Shown here piece by piece: positions 36,255 through 49,258 of a stretch of DNA of 64,000 nt (the first letter of the stretch is position 1; each line of letters starts with the position of its first letter). The stretch is from Octopus sinensis. Lineage: Eukaryota. The position numbers and the translations under genes are program-made. The notes below the pieces were generated by a model. It worked only from the letters and a program-made list of their open reading frames with translations, did no database searches and was not told the origin of the DNA. The DNA lies in NCBI RefSeq assembly GCF_006345805.1, contig NC_043011.1, positions 48,248,464 through 48,312,463 on the forward strand. The letters run 5' to 3'.

Positions 36255-36432
36255 GTGTACCGTTGGCGATTTTTTTTCCTTTGTCTTCCCTTCTCCTATG
36301 TTTCCGACGAAGAGCTCCGCTCGAGACGTTAAACCCTCCTTCTTTCCTTCTTTCCTGAGCGTCCAATAATACTATATTTGTTCCACGTCCTCACGTTGTT
36401 GTGTTTTTTTGTGCTTTCTTGTTTGGATTAAC
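36255..36432 (+). mobile_element. Second short (TA)-flanked element with a hammerhead-like motif
   Basis: Same architecture as 9097-9300: pyrimidine-rich leader, motif, then CCTGAGCG segment. Confidence 0.55.
36300..36334 (+). ncRNA. Type I hammerhead-like motif (two core substitutions)
   Basis: GTTT-CCGACGA-A-GAGC(TCC)GCTC-GAGA-CGTT-AAAC. Confidence 0.45.
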
Positions 36433-36904
36433 TATATATATATATATACACACACATACATATACAAGTCTATATTTCAACAGAAAATAGAGCATGTATA
36501 TGTTTGTGTGCAACCAGGATAGGCTCATAAGCTTAATAGGAAGCACTTTGTATATATATGTATATACATAAACACACACACACACACATTTCTTAATGTA
36601 AATATATGTATATAATATATATATAACTTTTTACCTGAATGTCTAAATATGTTTGATCTAGTCACATGGGGGAGTTACATTCCCCATGCTTCTAAGTAAC
36701 CCTCTTCATCTATATTCTCAATCACAGATAAACATTGCTTACTCTCTTGGAGAAGATCGATGTAGATGACCTGATCAACTTGTATGGCAGTCGTTTCAAA
36801 CCTGATCTATTTCGGTCAGACCTATCTCTGTACCATGACATGAACAGATCAATAAATATCTAAGTGTAGCAATAAATGTACTTAATCTGATACAGAATAC
36901 ATGT

Positions 36905-37040
36905 GATGTGGCTTAGGGGTTAGGATATTAGGCACATGATCATAAGGTCATCAGTTCAATACCCAGTGGCACCTTAGGACCTTGAATAAGACTCTTTATT
37001 TGATGTTGTTCCAGTTCACTCAGCTGGCAAAAATGGTAAC
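36905..37040 (+). mobile_element. SINE D, older 5' fragment
   Basis: Similar to the reverse complement of 13590-13727. Confidence 0.6.
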
Positions 37041-37429
37041 TGTTTCAAACGCAGTTCTATATTTAAGAGATGAGGAATTATTTACATTATTTACGTTTAT
37101 TTACATTTGACGGATATTTGACTTCATCTTGTTTGTTGTTAACACATCTTGTTTGTTGTCACCTTGCTTGAAAATGAGCGAAAGTTGGTGAGTGAAAGAG
37201 CATTAGGCCACACAAAAAATTTGTTCTGACAAATTTTGTAAGGATGGATACAGAAATAAGGATGTTTATAATAATTTTGTCATCACTTTCTCATGCCAGC
37301 ACACACACACCGGCACACATTCATGCATATGTCATACTTGTGTTCAAGGGAATAAAAGAGAGTATTTGTACACACACACACATGTATGTATGTATGTGTG
37401 TGTATGTATGCATGTATATATGTCACTGT

Positions 37430-37740
37430 CACCGTGATCACCGTGACCGACCAGGCTATCAGATGTTGCTACACATCGCTGGTCACAATGCACTTCACAT
37501 TGTTTTAGCCTTCAAATGACACCACCCCGCTGGCTAAGTGAGCAGGCCAACAGAAGCAAGAGTGAGAGAATGCTGTGGCAAAAGAATACAGCAGGGATCA
37601 CCACCACCCCCTGCCGGAGCCTCGTGGAGCTTTAGGTGTTTTCGCTCAATAAACATTCACAACGCCCAGTCTGGGAATCAAAACCATGACCCTACAACCA
37701 TGAGTCCGCTGCCCTAACCACTGGGCCATTGCGCCTCCAC
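37430..37740 (-). mobile_element. SINE C
   Basis: Ends CTAACCACTGGGCCATTGCGCCTCCAC, the reverse complement of the head. Confidence 0.85.
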
Positions 37741-37761
37741 ATATATATAGATGTATTTATG

Positions 37762-37793
<32 letters not shown>

Positions 37794-38784
37794 TGTATGC
37801 ATGCATGTGTGTGTGTATTATACCACATTATTCTGATGTGCTTCTAGTGCAGTAATTTCTGATTTGTGGTTTTTTTCTCTAGTTTCACCACTAGACTCAA
37901 AGGGGTCAACAAAGGGTCATAGGTAGCGCCAGTCATCTTCTGACTAAGCCTTAAAAAAGAGAACGAATGTATATCTGGTTTCACAAATAATGAGAAAACA
38001 TTATCATACGAAGCAGAAGAATTTATCTATTATTACAAATTTCAGGTTCAACTTTGAATTTTAGTATGTGACAAAGAACGGAAACAGGAGACATCATCAG
38101 AGAAGCAGTGAAGTGAAATTTCAGTTTTGAATAAAGGAATATATGGATAAAGGAATCAGTGAAAATATGAAAATAGATATGCGTTGGGGTTGGTTGGTTG
38201 AATATTTGTATTATTAATGAGTTTCAATGTATTTTTATTCATGTAATAAAATGCATACTGACACAATTATAGATAAAAAAAATATAGTGTAGCTGCAAAA
38301 GATAGAAAACATGCATAAAGAGATACAAAAGCTAACATATACATGCATGGTGTAAGCTAAGGGTGCAGAAATAGTTTTGACAAATTAAATGAATGCCATA
38401 TGCATTCATATGATATCATTTTCCTTAGAGAATTTGCTATTATCATCATAATAAATCAAAAAATATAAATTCATAAGGTTACAATTTTGGTGCAGATACT
38501 GGTTTGGAAATAGATATTTTTCATCTGTAATAAAATTGTATTTGAGACATTTAGCTATTTACATATAAAATTTTCTGACTCTGCAACAGTAATATTCAAG
38601 TTGGTTTTACTGTTGCTCCTCCTACGGTTTATCCCAGCTTTTATTTCCATTTTACAAAATATCAGTTTGGTATCCAAGCTGAATACATAACTCCGTCTTT
38701 TGATTGGACGAATCAGGAAAGAGACTTGAAGAGTGATGGATGCTGTCAGTTTTAGACAAGAGATTTTTTTTTTTTTTTTTTAAA

Positions 38785-39326
38785 AGGGAAGGCAGGAAGG
38801 AAGGAATGAAGGAAGGAAGGAAGGAGAGAAGGGAGGAAGGGAAGAAAGAAGGAAAGAAAGGAAAAGAAGGAAGAAAGACAGGAAGGAAGGAGGGGAAGGA
38901 GGAAGGGAAGAAAGGAGGAAAGAAAGGAAAAGAAGGAAGAAAGAAAGGAAGGAAGGAGGGAAGGAAGAAAAGAAAGAAAGAAAAAATAAGGAATGACAGA
39001 AGGAAGGAAGGAGAGAAGGGAGGAAGGGAAGAAAGAAGGAAAGAAAGGAAAAGAAGGAAGAAAGAAAGGAAGGAAAGAAAGAAAGAAAAAATAAGGAATG
39101 ACAGAAGGAAGGAAGGAAGGAAGGAAAGAAGGAAGAAAGAAAGAAGGAAAGAAAAGAAAAGAAAAATAAGGACAGAAGGAAGGAAGGAAGGAATTAAAGA
39201 AAAAAGGAAAGAAGGAAAGAAAGAAAGAAGAAAGAAGGAAGGGAAGAAAAAAGGATAGAAGAAAGGAAATAAAGAAAGCAGGAAAAAAAAGAAAGAAAGA
39301 AAGAAAGGGAAATAAATAAATAAATA

Positions 39327-39382
<56 letters not shown>

Positions 39383-39395
39383 AGGAAAGAAAGAA
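38785..39395. repeat. About 600-bp polypurine (GAAG/GAAA)n tract with higher-order repeats
   Basis: Almost entirely A/G; AAAATAAGGA(AT)GACAGAAGG recurs three times. Confidence 0.9.
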
Positions 39396-40750
39396 AGAGA
39401 GTAGACAGACAGAAGGAAATTATGACATGACTGTTACTGTATAATGCTGTTTGATATTCTCTACCACCAGTGATCCTTTACAAGAAGCCTGAGTGCCGGT
39501 ATTTCTATTCCAGAGAAATGTGTTCATTTTTTTTAGAATTTCCTAAATTTAAGTATTTTTGAAAGCAACAAGACTTGAAACTGTGCCACTTTTTGTGGTA
39601 TTAATATTTTTTTTTTTGTAATGATGTTTCAAAAGAACCAAAAACTAATCAGACAGTCATTTTCTGATCACGGAAAGATAGAATTTGTTTACTTTACACA
39701 ATGTGACTAGATCGTATGTTCATTAAAAATGTGTACCTTATATTTTAGATTATCCTAGGATTCCCCCGCTCAGCATCAATGTTAAGAAGTGCTGCTGGCT
39801 CAGTTGAGCTCTTCCACTTCCTTTCCATGATCCACCATTCTGCTTTCCCATGACTTCACCATATTCCTGGCAGGGTGGCCGAATAGGTGCTTTGCTTTGC
39901 CAGAGGGCAACCCATAACTATGCAAGACATAGTGGCCCCTCATTGAGGTATTTCAAAGATACCTGCATACTACTAGTATTGCATTATTCCCTTGTCAAAG
40001 GTACCAACTCTGCCCTTGTAGTTTTTATGACTTAGCAAAACATAAAAACAAAATAAACTGATGAAACAAAATCATGTTCCATCCTAAGTTTATGAATGGG
40101 TGATTAGGGGACGTAAAAAGGGAAGTTCAGTGATAAAACAAGAAAAAAGCCTTCTACCCCGAGAAGTATGTATTGAAAATGCAATTTCATTCCTCTCACA
40201 TTTATTCTGCCTCTGTTATTCTGTTTGAAATTTTCTACATTGTAATCATGTGTTGTTTTGTAGATACGTCTAATGTGTTTATTCCTTTCATTTTATATTC
40301 TTTTAACATCGATTTCATTGGCAAAAGCATTTTGATCCTTTCATAATTCCAACATCAACACATTTTTTTTTCATCTCTGAGCTTGTACAATGTATTTATT
40401 CTCTGTCACTGATTCCAACTGATTTTCAGGTACTTACATGCCTCAGCAGATGCTGGCTTTTGTAATTTATAGTTTATACAGATTCTGTATTTGTTTCCTG
40501 ACTTTCAGAATATTTTGTAATATTTTTAAAAAATGTTATTATAGTTTCATACACACACACACACATACAACCAAATGCACTCAAATACATGCTAACACAC
40601 AGATAAGCCACAACACGTAGACACATATATGTTTAAAAAGAATTTATATTAAGCTATCATATTCATTTGAGTGTATATACATGCAAATTTAGGATTTATG
40701 TAACTGTGAGTATATAGGCATCCTTGGCATATGTGTATATATATATATAG

Positions 40751-40806
<56 letters not shown>

Positions 40807-40914
40807 ATACACAGATATATATAGGCATATATATATATATATAATTATGACAGTGCAAAAATTATCTTAAAAGCCATTTCTATCCATTTTTTCAAATATA
40901 CACACACATATAGT

Positions 40915-41010
40915 GGGTGGCACGTAAAAGCACCCACTGCACTCTTGGAGTGGTTGGCGTTAGGAAGGGCAGCCAGCTGCAAAAACTCTGCCAGATCAGA
41001 TTGGAGTCAG
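40915..41010 (+). mobile_element. RTE-type 3' UTR fragment
   Basis: GGTGGCACGTAAAAGCACCCACT...GGTTGGCGTTAGGAAGGGCA. Confidence 0.65.
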
Positions 41011-41877
41011 ATCAGGTACCTCATCCCAGATTGATGAGATATGCTACTGGTACCATGTAAATCTGTCCTACCTAGTCCATAGTTGAGTGGTTAACAACTA
41101 AACAATCCTGGCCCACTTAAGTAGCTTGTTACTCTTGTGAAAGGAATGCCTGGACACACAACAGGGCTATAAACAAGACTGGCTGAAGGACAGATCAGCT
41201 CGTTGTGAGCAAATGACCATCCAGTTGAGGAAGGTTAGGGTAAACAATCCCAATATCTCTGTCAAGAAAACACCACGAGAAAGTCAAATTGAAGCAATAC
41301 CATGGCTTCATCTAATGGGAAAACTTGGATTTAATGAGGAAAACTTTTGATGTAGTGTCATTAATGCACTGCAAAATGCATATGACAATTTACAGAAAGA
41401 ATCAATGACTGTATTTGTATAAATTTTGTTTAAAATCTTACGAGATCAAGTTATAGAATTTATACATCCACAGAAATAGATATATTAAAAGATAGATGTA
41501 GAAAGATTAATAGATTGTTAGACTGGTAGATAGATGCTGGATGGACAGAGAGAGAGTCAGATAGGCATCCACACAAATACACAATATATATAAGCTGTAA
41601 ATAAATTTACATGCATATATTCAAATCAGCCATACTGTTTAAATTTTGCTAACATTATTCATGAGCTTGTAAAGACAGCCAAAACTAGTCAAGTTATTCT
41701 TTGATCCATTCTACAATAAGGGGAGGGTAACAGAGAGAGAGGGAGAGAAAGAGAGAAAGAGACAAATAACAAAGATAGGGAGGTGCAGACACAGATATAA
41801 TGACAAATATATTTACATTTTATCCTCAAAGACACTTTCTCAGTACTTTACTGTCACTACTGAATTACTAATATTCA

Positions 41878-42090
41878 AGCACAGGAGTGGCTGTGTGGTA
41901 AGTTCTGGGTTCAGTCCCACTGCATGGCACCTTGCGTAAGTGTTTTCTACTATAGCCTCGGGCTGACCAAAGACTTGTGAATGGATTTGGTAGATGGAAA
42001 CTGGAAGAAGCCTATCGTATATATGTATATATGTATATATGTATATATGTATGTGTGAGTATATGTTTGTGTGCCTGTGTTTGTCCCCCT
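41878..42090 (+). mobile_element. SINE A 5' part with an internal deletion
   Basis: Head joins directly to GGTTCAGTCCC. Confidence 0.8.
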
Positions 42091-42356
42091 CCCATCGCAT
42101 ATATCTATATATATATATGTGTGTGTGTGTGTGTATGTATGTATACACACACACATATATATGTACATAAGTACATAAAGTCCTTGGTACAGTATCATAT
42201 ATTTGAAAAAATGTAATGTATGGTAATGACTTTTCCACTTTAATAATTAAATGTTCAAACACCTAAAAACTTATGAACATCTAATTACAACAGAGGAAAA
42301 TTATCATAAAAGCCATTTCTATTCATATTTTCAAATACACATACATATGCTAATGC

Positions 42357-42394
<38 letters not shown>

Positions 42395-44201
42395 ATGACT
42401 AAACACTGACATAAATATTGCAGTGAAGTAAAATAATTACTCTGTACTGTTAGGTAGAATGAGATAACATTTATTCAAATGTGAGTCTCCTGTGTTTGGT
42501 ACTCAACACTTCCCATTCCCAGTTCTCAGGTGGTTAAATATCTATACTTAAAAGCTATTTTAAATATACAGTAGGTTTTGGTGGGGATTAGCTTGATATT
42601 AAAGACAACCTTGGCAGGCTGCTGTCTTGGTTTCAAATGTACTGATGAACTTACAGAATGGCAAAGAAGCAAGACAGGAGAAAATATGAACTTAGAGAAG
42701 GCAGTGAAAAGCAAACAACTGTTTAATATTAGAGTAAGACAGAAGAGCTTAGAAGAATGAGAGTTACAAGATGAGTTATGTTCATTTCACTTCTATGTGT
42801 ACAGACCACAAACACTTTTCTCTTTCTCGCCTTCATACCATCTCAGAAATCTCACATGCACTCTCTATTGTTCTCTCTCTCTCTCTATTGCTCTCTCTCT
42901 CATAACCTCAAGTCACCTCACATTTCTCACATTAATGCATACTTTCTCTCATATCTCACACCATCCGACAGATATATATACACACACACACACATATTCT
43001 CTCTTCTTTTCACACTCTCACAAATACACACACACACGCGCGCACTCATACACTTAGTTTCACTTTCACTTTCTTCCTGCCGATCTTACCCTATACACCA
43101 TTTCACACCTCGAGTGACATTCTGGGGGATCCATACGTGCCACTTTCTTTTTTTCACACACAATTACATATCATATCCCCTTCCCATATCTTAGTCCAGA
43201 ACTTATAAGTTTTCTACTCCCTATTCTCATTTATTTGTGAAACACACCCTCAATACAATTTCTTTCACAAACAATTACAGCAACAATGGCTTACATATTC
43301 TTTAATATTTCAATCAATCAGAGAAAAATATTGTTATTCCCCAAAGGATTCTGCTTCATTTTGATGAGGAATGGGAGGAGGAGCAAGGAGGTGGGTCACT
43401 GAAGTTTAATCAGTATTAATGACAATAGAAATAGTTTTCTTGATGAAACCAGGAATAATTTAAAATAAATTATTCCTATAAGGTATATTTGAATGTTTTT
43501 ATTTCTATATACGAAATTTGTTGGTTGTGTTATCTAACTCTTGAACAGTACTAGCTACTGTGGAATATTCAACCACCAGCATGTTAATTTCACAAGCATG
43601 CTGTTCCATTGGTTGGATCAACTGGAACATTGGTCATCATAACAAACAGAGTGCCAGTTTAGAGAATTTAACTCCAGAACAACTGCAAAGGAGCAGACAC
43701 CAATCAAAAGTATTCCATCCATGACAATCCAGTCCTTTTATTACTAGACATTCAAGACTGTGTTATCAAATGTACCCTTCTATAAGAATAAAAAGGATTT
43801 GAGAGATATTTAGCACCTATTTTTAATAGGTCGAGTGCCTGTATTTAGAGACTTCCTTGTTCTCTCATTTCCATGTACACACATATATGTGTGTGTGTGT
43901 GTGTGTGTTTCCTGAAGATCTGTGGTCTAAATGCATTTGAAAAACCTAATACAGGGCTTCAAACAACCATAATATTGAAATGCATGTAGGAACCACAAGA
44001 TAAACCAATGTTTATCATCAATTCTTAAATATATATATATATACACACAGACATATACACACACATATATGCACATATATATATAGATATACACATACTT
44101 ATATACATACATATAAGTATATATATATATGTATATAGATATATATAAGTATATATATATATACCTATATATAACTATATATATATCTGTATATCTATAA
44201 A

Positions 44202-44238
<37 letters not shown>

Positions 44239-45654
44239 GCATAGATGCATACATATATATAGGCATATACACACACACACACACATGCATGTAAGTATAC
44301 ACATACGCATTCGCACACATCACCGTGTGCGTCTATATGCATGCAAAGTACACTTTACAATTGAACAAGAATCAATTCTGTTTGTCTTCCATGGTTTGAC
44401 TTTACAGACGAAATTATTTAAAATTACTCCCCATTTCCCCGTGAAAATAACTATTTAGAAGTATGCAAGTGTGTAATCAAAGTGTATACATGTTTGCATA
44501 TCTATATCATTGTTTCAAACTGAACAAGATTCCTACACCACCTCCTCTCCTGTCTTTGGTTAGTTATTTTTAGCTCTTTGACTATTTTTACAGTTTCTAA
44601 ATTCTAAGAACCATGATTTCCCCTTTAATTTTCTGTTCTACATTTTCATCTATAGTTTGCTTCCATGCAAAAATTCTAACATTTGTTGTTGGTTGGTTTT
44701 TTTTTTAGTTTTTTTTTGTTTTTTTTAAATTTCTCTTTTTATTTTTATCTATTTACTTACAAGCGGAAACGAAAGTTGTAAAGCTTTTTGAGTTTTGCCT
44801 ACGCAAGGCTGGGGTTGGAAATGGAGACGAAAGTATACCTATTGTATTCTAAATTTAATTCCCTGCTGTCCATTGTAAGGGAAACAGAAGAAAAGAAAAA
44901 AAAAAGAAAAAGAAAAAGAATGAAAAGAGGAAGATGATATAAAAAAAATTACACGTACATACAGGTATACATACAAATATACATACAAATATATACGCGC
45001 ACATATATACCTCAATACAAATACATATACATTACCTTGAAATACTGTAGGTAGCTTTTAGCAACAATAGGATGACTGACACTAGCAGTTTCAAGGAACT
45101 AAAGCCATCTTCAAAGCCAGAGACAATGCAAAATTGTTCACTTACCTAGAAATAAAAATACAAAATATAAATATAAGTATATATATATATTAAATACATA
45201 TAAAAAGAAACACAAAGAGAAAGAGGGAGAAAGTCAGTGAGTGAGAGAGAGAGAGAGATGGAGAATAAAGAGCATAGATGTATTTTTTATATATATTTTT
45301 AAAGAGATTAGAAAATAATAGTCAAATATCAATAACACTAATTGCTTCTAATTTAAGCACATGGACAGCGATTTTTGAGGCAAGTTGGGTGGGGGTAGTT
45401 GATTCTGTTGACCTCAGTACTTGACTGGTACTTTGTTTTATGAATTCCAGAAAGATAAGAGACGAGGATGATCTTAGCAACAATTGCATGGTTTAAACAG
45501 GTCAGAATTACAGCAAAGGCATTTTTTTTCCTATGCTTTAAGAATTCTACCAGCTCAGCATCACCCTTTGCAACATTGGTGACTGAAAGTTACTCTCTTC
45601 TACCTTAACCATACTCTATCAAATATAATGTTTGTTTATTCACACTGGTTTGAA

Positions 45655-45905
45655 TCATCATCATCATCACCACCACCACCACCACCACCACCGCCACCGT
45701 CACTGCCGCCGTCGTCGTCGTCGTCTAACATCCGCTTTCCATGCTGGCATGGCTTGGACAGTTTGACTGAGGACTGGCAGGCCACTCACAAGGCTTTGGT
45801 TGGCCTGGGGCTATAGTAGAAGACACTTGCCCAAGGTGCCATGCAGTGGGACTGAACCTGGAACTATGTGGTTGGTAAGCAAGCTACTTACCACACAGCC
45901 ACTTC
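45655..45905 (-). mobile_element. SINE A head fused to an RTE-type tail with a compound trinucleotide tail
   Basis: SINE A head 45783-45905; RTE end 45715-45783; (CAT)(CAC)(GCC)(GTC) run. Confidence 0.7.
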
Positions 45906-46104
45906 CTAGCAATTTTTGTGCGATTTGGTTCATATATCTTGCAGGACAAGCAACTATTAACCTATTTTGATGTAGTTGATGTTTGACTAACTACCCAACA
46001 TTGATCTACATGCATGCACACACACACAGATGTAAAAGCATACACAAAGAACACAGGTTCTCTTCCAGCCCAGTGTTGAGTGACCAGCAATATTCTTTTA
46101 TTCT

Positions 46105-46480
46105 TTTACTTGTTTCGGTCATCTGACTGCAGCCATGCTGGAGCACTGTCTTAAATGGTTATAGTCAAAGAAATCGATCCCAGGACTTATTTTTGTAAAA
46201 GCCTAGTACTTATTCCATTGGCCCATTTTGCCAAACCGCTAAGTAATGAGCACATAGACAGATCAGTATTGGTTGTCAGGTGATATTGAGTGGGGGACAA
46301 ACATGCACACACATAAATACACATACACACATAGGATAGGCTTCTTTCTGTTTCTCTCTATCAAAACCACTCACAGGGCTTTGGTTGGCCCATGGCTATA
46401 GTAAAAGACTCTTGCCCAAGATGCCACACAGTGGGACTGAACACAGAACCATGTGGTTGGGAAGCAAGCTTCTTACTATA
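46105..46480 (-). mobile_element. SINE A, older copy
   Basis: Diverged reverse complement of family A. Confidence 0.8.
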
Positions 46481-46954
46481 GATTTCCAATGCTGAAACCA
46501 TAGAAGTAATCCCGCATCTCTCAGAATACGTGTAAACATTAGATAGAAAAAAACTGCCAAAAATTATACACAAAAATATCTAAATAAATAACATAATTTC
46601 TTGTTTTCCTGGTGTTACTCAATTGTGAAAAGAATATTTTGTAGAAAATTTCAATTTGTTACCATAATTTTTAAAATGTTATTGTTTTCAGTTTATTCCA
46701 ATTCATATGAAAGACAAATAAATATTAAATGATCTAATAAATAAATAACTAAATAAAAATGAAGCAAAAAATACAGAGAGAGAGAGAAAATTGGAAAGAG
46801 AAAGCACAAAAGTGCAGAAAAGAAAGTGTGAGACCAGAATTGCCAATAATTGAAATATATGCTGAAATAAATAAAGAGGTAAGTTATTTGGATATCATAA
46901 TAGGAAAGATGTCTGAAGTCTACATAAATGACTGATGTACCAGTTTCTATCTCT

Positions 46955-47405
46955 TTCTCTTTTACTTGTTTCAGTCATTTGACTGTGGCCATGCTGGAGC
47001 ACTGCCTTTAGTCGAGCAAATTGACCCCAGGACTTATTCTTTTGTAAGCCTAGTACTTATTCTATCAGACTCTTTTGCCAAACCGATAAGTTACGGGGAT
47101 GTAAACCCACCAGCATCGGTTGTCAAGCGTTGTTGGTGGGGGGGGGGGAACACAGACACACAAACATATACACACACACATACAGATCTGGAAATATATA
47201 CACATACATGTATGTGTGTGTATATATATTTGTGTATATGTAATATATATATATATATATATATATACATACATAATCAACTCACAAGGCTTTGGTTGGC
47301 CCGAGACTAAAGCAGAATACACTTGCCCAAGGTACCACACAGTGGGACTGAACCCAGAACCATGTGGTTGGTAAGCAAGCTACTTACCACACAGCCACTC
47401 CTACA
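46955..47405 (-). mobile_element. SINE A
   Basis: Reverse complement of family A. Confidence 0.85.
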
Positions 47406-47599
47406 CCTCTGTATCTGTAATAATGGAAGCAGAAACATGAATAGTAAATGGTTGCTAGGTAAGGGTACGAGGAGGTGACGGTAGGAATGCTGATGCAAAA
47501 GTACTAATCCGAGGGAGATGTGTAGATAACTATGCTCAGATCTGGAAACAATGAACACACAGCTTCACACTGAAAAGGACACAATAGAGATAAGAGATG

Positions 47600-47642
47600 T
47601 AGGCGATAGAAATATTGATGAGGATAATGATGATGATGGTGG

Positions 47643-47673
<31 letters not shown>

Positions 47674-48020
47674 CACTGTATTGATAGTAATAATGAGAAT
47701 GTCGTTGATGAAGACACTGATGGTGTAAAATTATGATGATTACTAAAATGGAGATGGCTGATGATAATTGCTACGATGACGATCACCGTATAAACAAGCA
47801 AGCGTAACAACTGTGTCGATAATAACAAAGTTGATTGTCAACACTATTGAATCTGTCATCACCACCTACACCGCTGCCACCACTGTCACCGCCACCACCG
47901 CCGCCGCCATCATCGTCGTCGTCGTCATCATCATCATCGCCACCACCACCACCACCACACCACCACCACCACCACTGCTACCATTGTTGTCATCATCATC
48001 ATCATCAGCAGCAGCAGTAA
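47600..48020. repeat. (GAT)n/(CAC)n/(CAT)n/(CAG)n compound trinucleotide region
   Basis: Seen directly. Confidence 0.85.
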
Positions 48021-48268
48021 TTTAGATGCAAATGTGTGAATATGAACCAAAAAAATCATGGTATATTCTTATATTTTTAATATACGAATCAGCTATATAT
48101 TTGTGAGTATGTGTTTATACACATATGTGTTTGTGTGTATATACATGCATATAAACACATGCATACACACACACATCCACATAGGTATTACATATAGTTA
48201 GACACACACGAACTTATACATGTATTTATAGATACCTGCATCACATATATATTTATATGATATATATA

Positions 48269-48319
<51 letters not shown>

Positions 48320-48510
48320 ATATGTATTTGAGTGTTGGTGTGCGTCCCTCCCATCATCACTTGACTTATGTCTCTCTAACTTTGCAGTTTGGCAATAGAG
48401 ACTGATAGAATAAGTCCTAGGCTTACAAAGAATAAGTTCTAGGGTCAATTTGTTCGACTAAAGGCAGTGCTCCAGCATGGCCATGATCAAATGACTGAAA
48501 CAAGTAAATG
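48320..48510 (+). mobile_element. SINE A 3' half
   Basis: Matches the family A tail. Confidence 0.8.
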
Positions 48511-48732
48511 AAATAAAAGAAATATGCATATATATATATACATACACATATACATATGTGTATATACATGCATATGTATACACTGATGCAATATGTGTAT
48601 ATATTTATAATGTGTCACTGAAACCTGTTAAGTTTCTAGGTAAAAAACAAATAGTTATAAAATATTGTTTTATGTATGAAATAACCTGTGCATATGTATT
48701 AAACAGACATTTGATACTCAATCATGTACGCA

Positions 48733-49258
48733 TTGGAGTGGCTGTGTGGTAAGTAGCTTGCTTACTAACCACATGATTCTGGGTTCAGTCCCACTGCGTG
48801 GCACCTTGGGCAAGTGTCTTCTACTATAACCTCGGGCTGACCAAAGCCTTGTGAGTGGATTTGGTAGACGGAAACTGAAATATGCCTATTGTATATATGT
48901 ATATATATATATAAAACAAGTAAAAGACTTGTTTTATTTATATTCCTGAGCGCGATACTAATACAATTGTTTGTTTGTATTCCACCTGCCTTCGTCTTTT
49001 GTTTATTTTCATAAAGCTTCCCGTTATATATGTATATATATGGATATATGTATGATTGTGTGTCTATGTTTGTGCCCCCAACATCGCTTGACAACCGATG
49101 CTGATGTGTTTACGTCCCCGTCACTTAGTGGTTCAGCAAAAAGAGACCGATAGAATAAGTACTAGGTTTACAAAAAATACGTCCTGGGGTCGAGTTGCTT
49201 GACTAAAGGCAGTGTTCTGGCATGGCCACAGTCAAATGACTGAAACAAGTAAAAGAGT
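48733..49258 (+). mobile_element. SINE A with a nested insertion in its internal (TA)n
   Basis: Head 48733-48890 and tail 49060-49258. Confidence 0.85.
48912..49025 (+). mobile_element. 3' half of the hammerhead-bearing element (cf. 9197-9300)
   Basis: High identity to 9197-9300 with the same 3' end. Confidence 0.75.

Noticed and set aside
38740-39258. 172-aa K/E/G/R-rich ORF
   Set aside because: Translation of the polypurine repeat; no stops can occur in an A/G-only tract.
46830-46930. Strong plus-strand donor GAG|GTAAGT at about 46878
   Set aside because: No acceptor upstream, and the read-through peptide EINKEVSYLDIII resembles a decayed Penelope RT motif rather than an exon; too weak to annotate.
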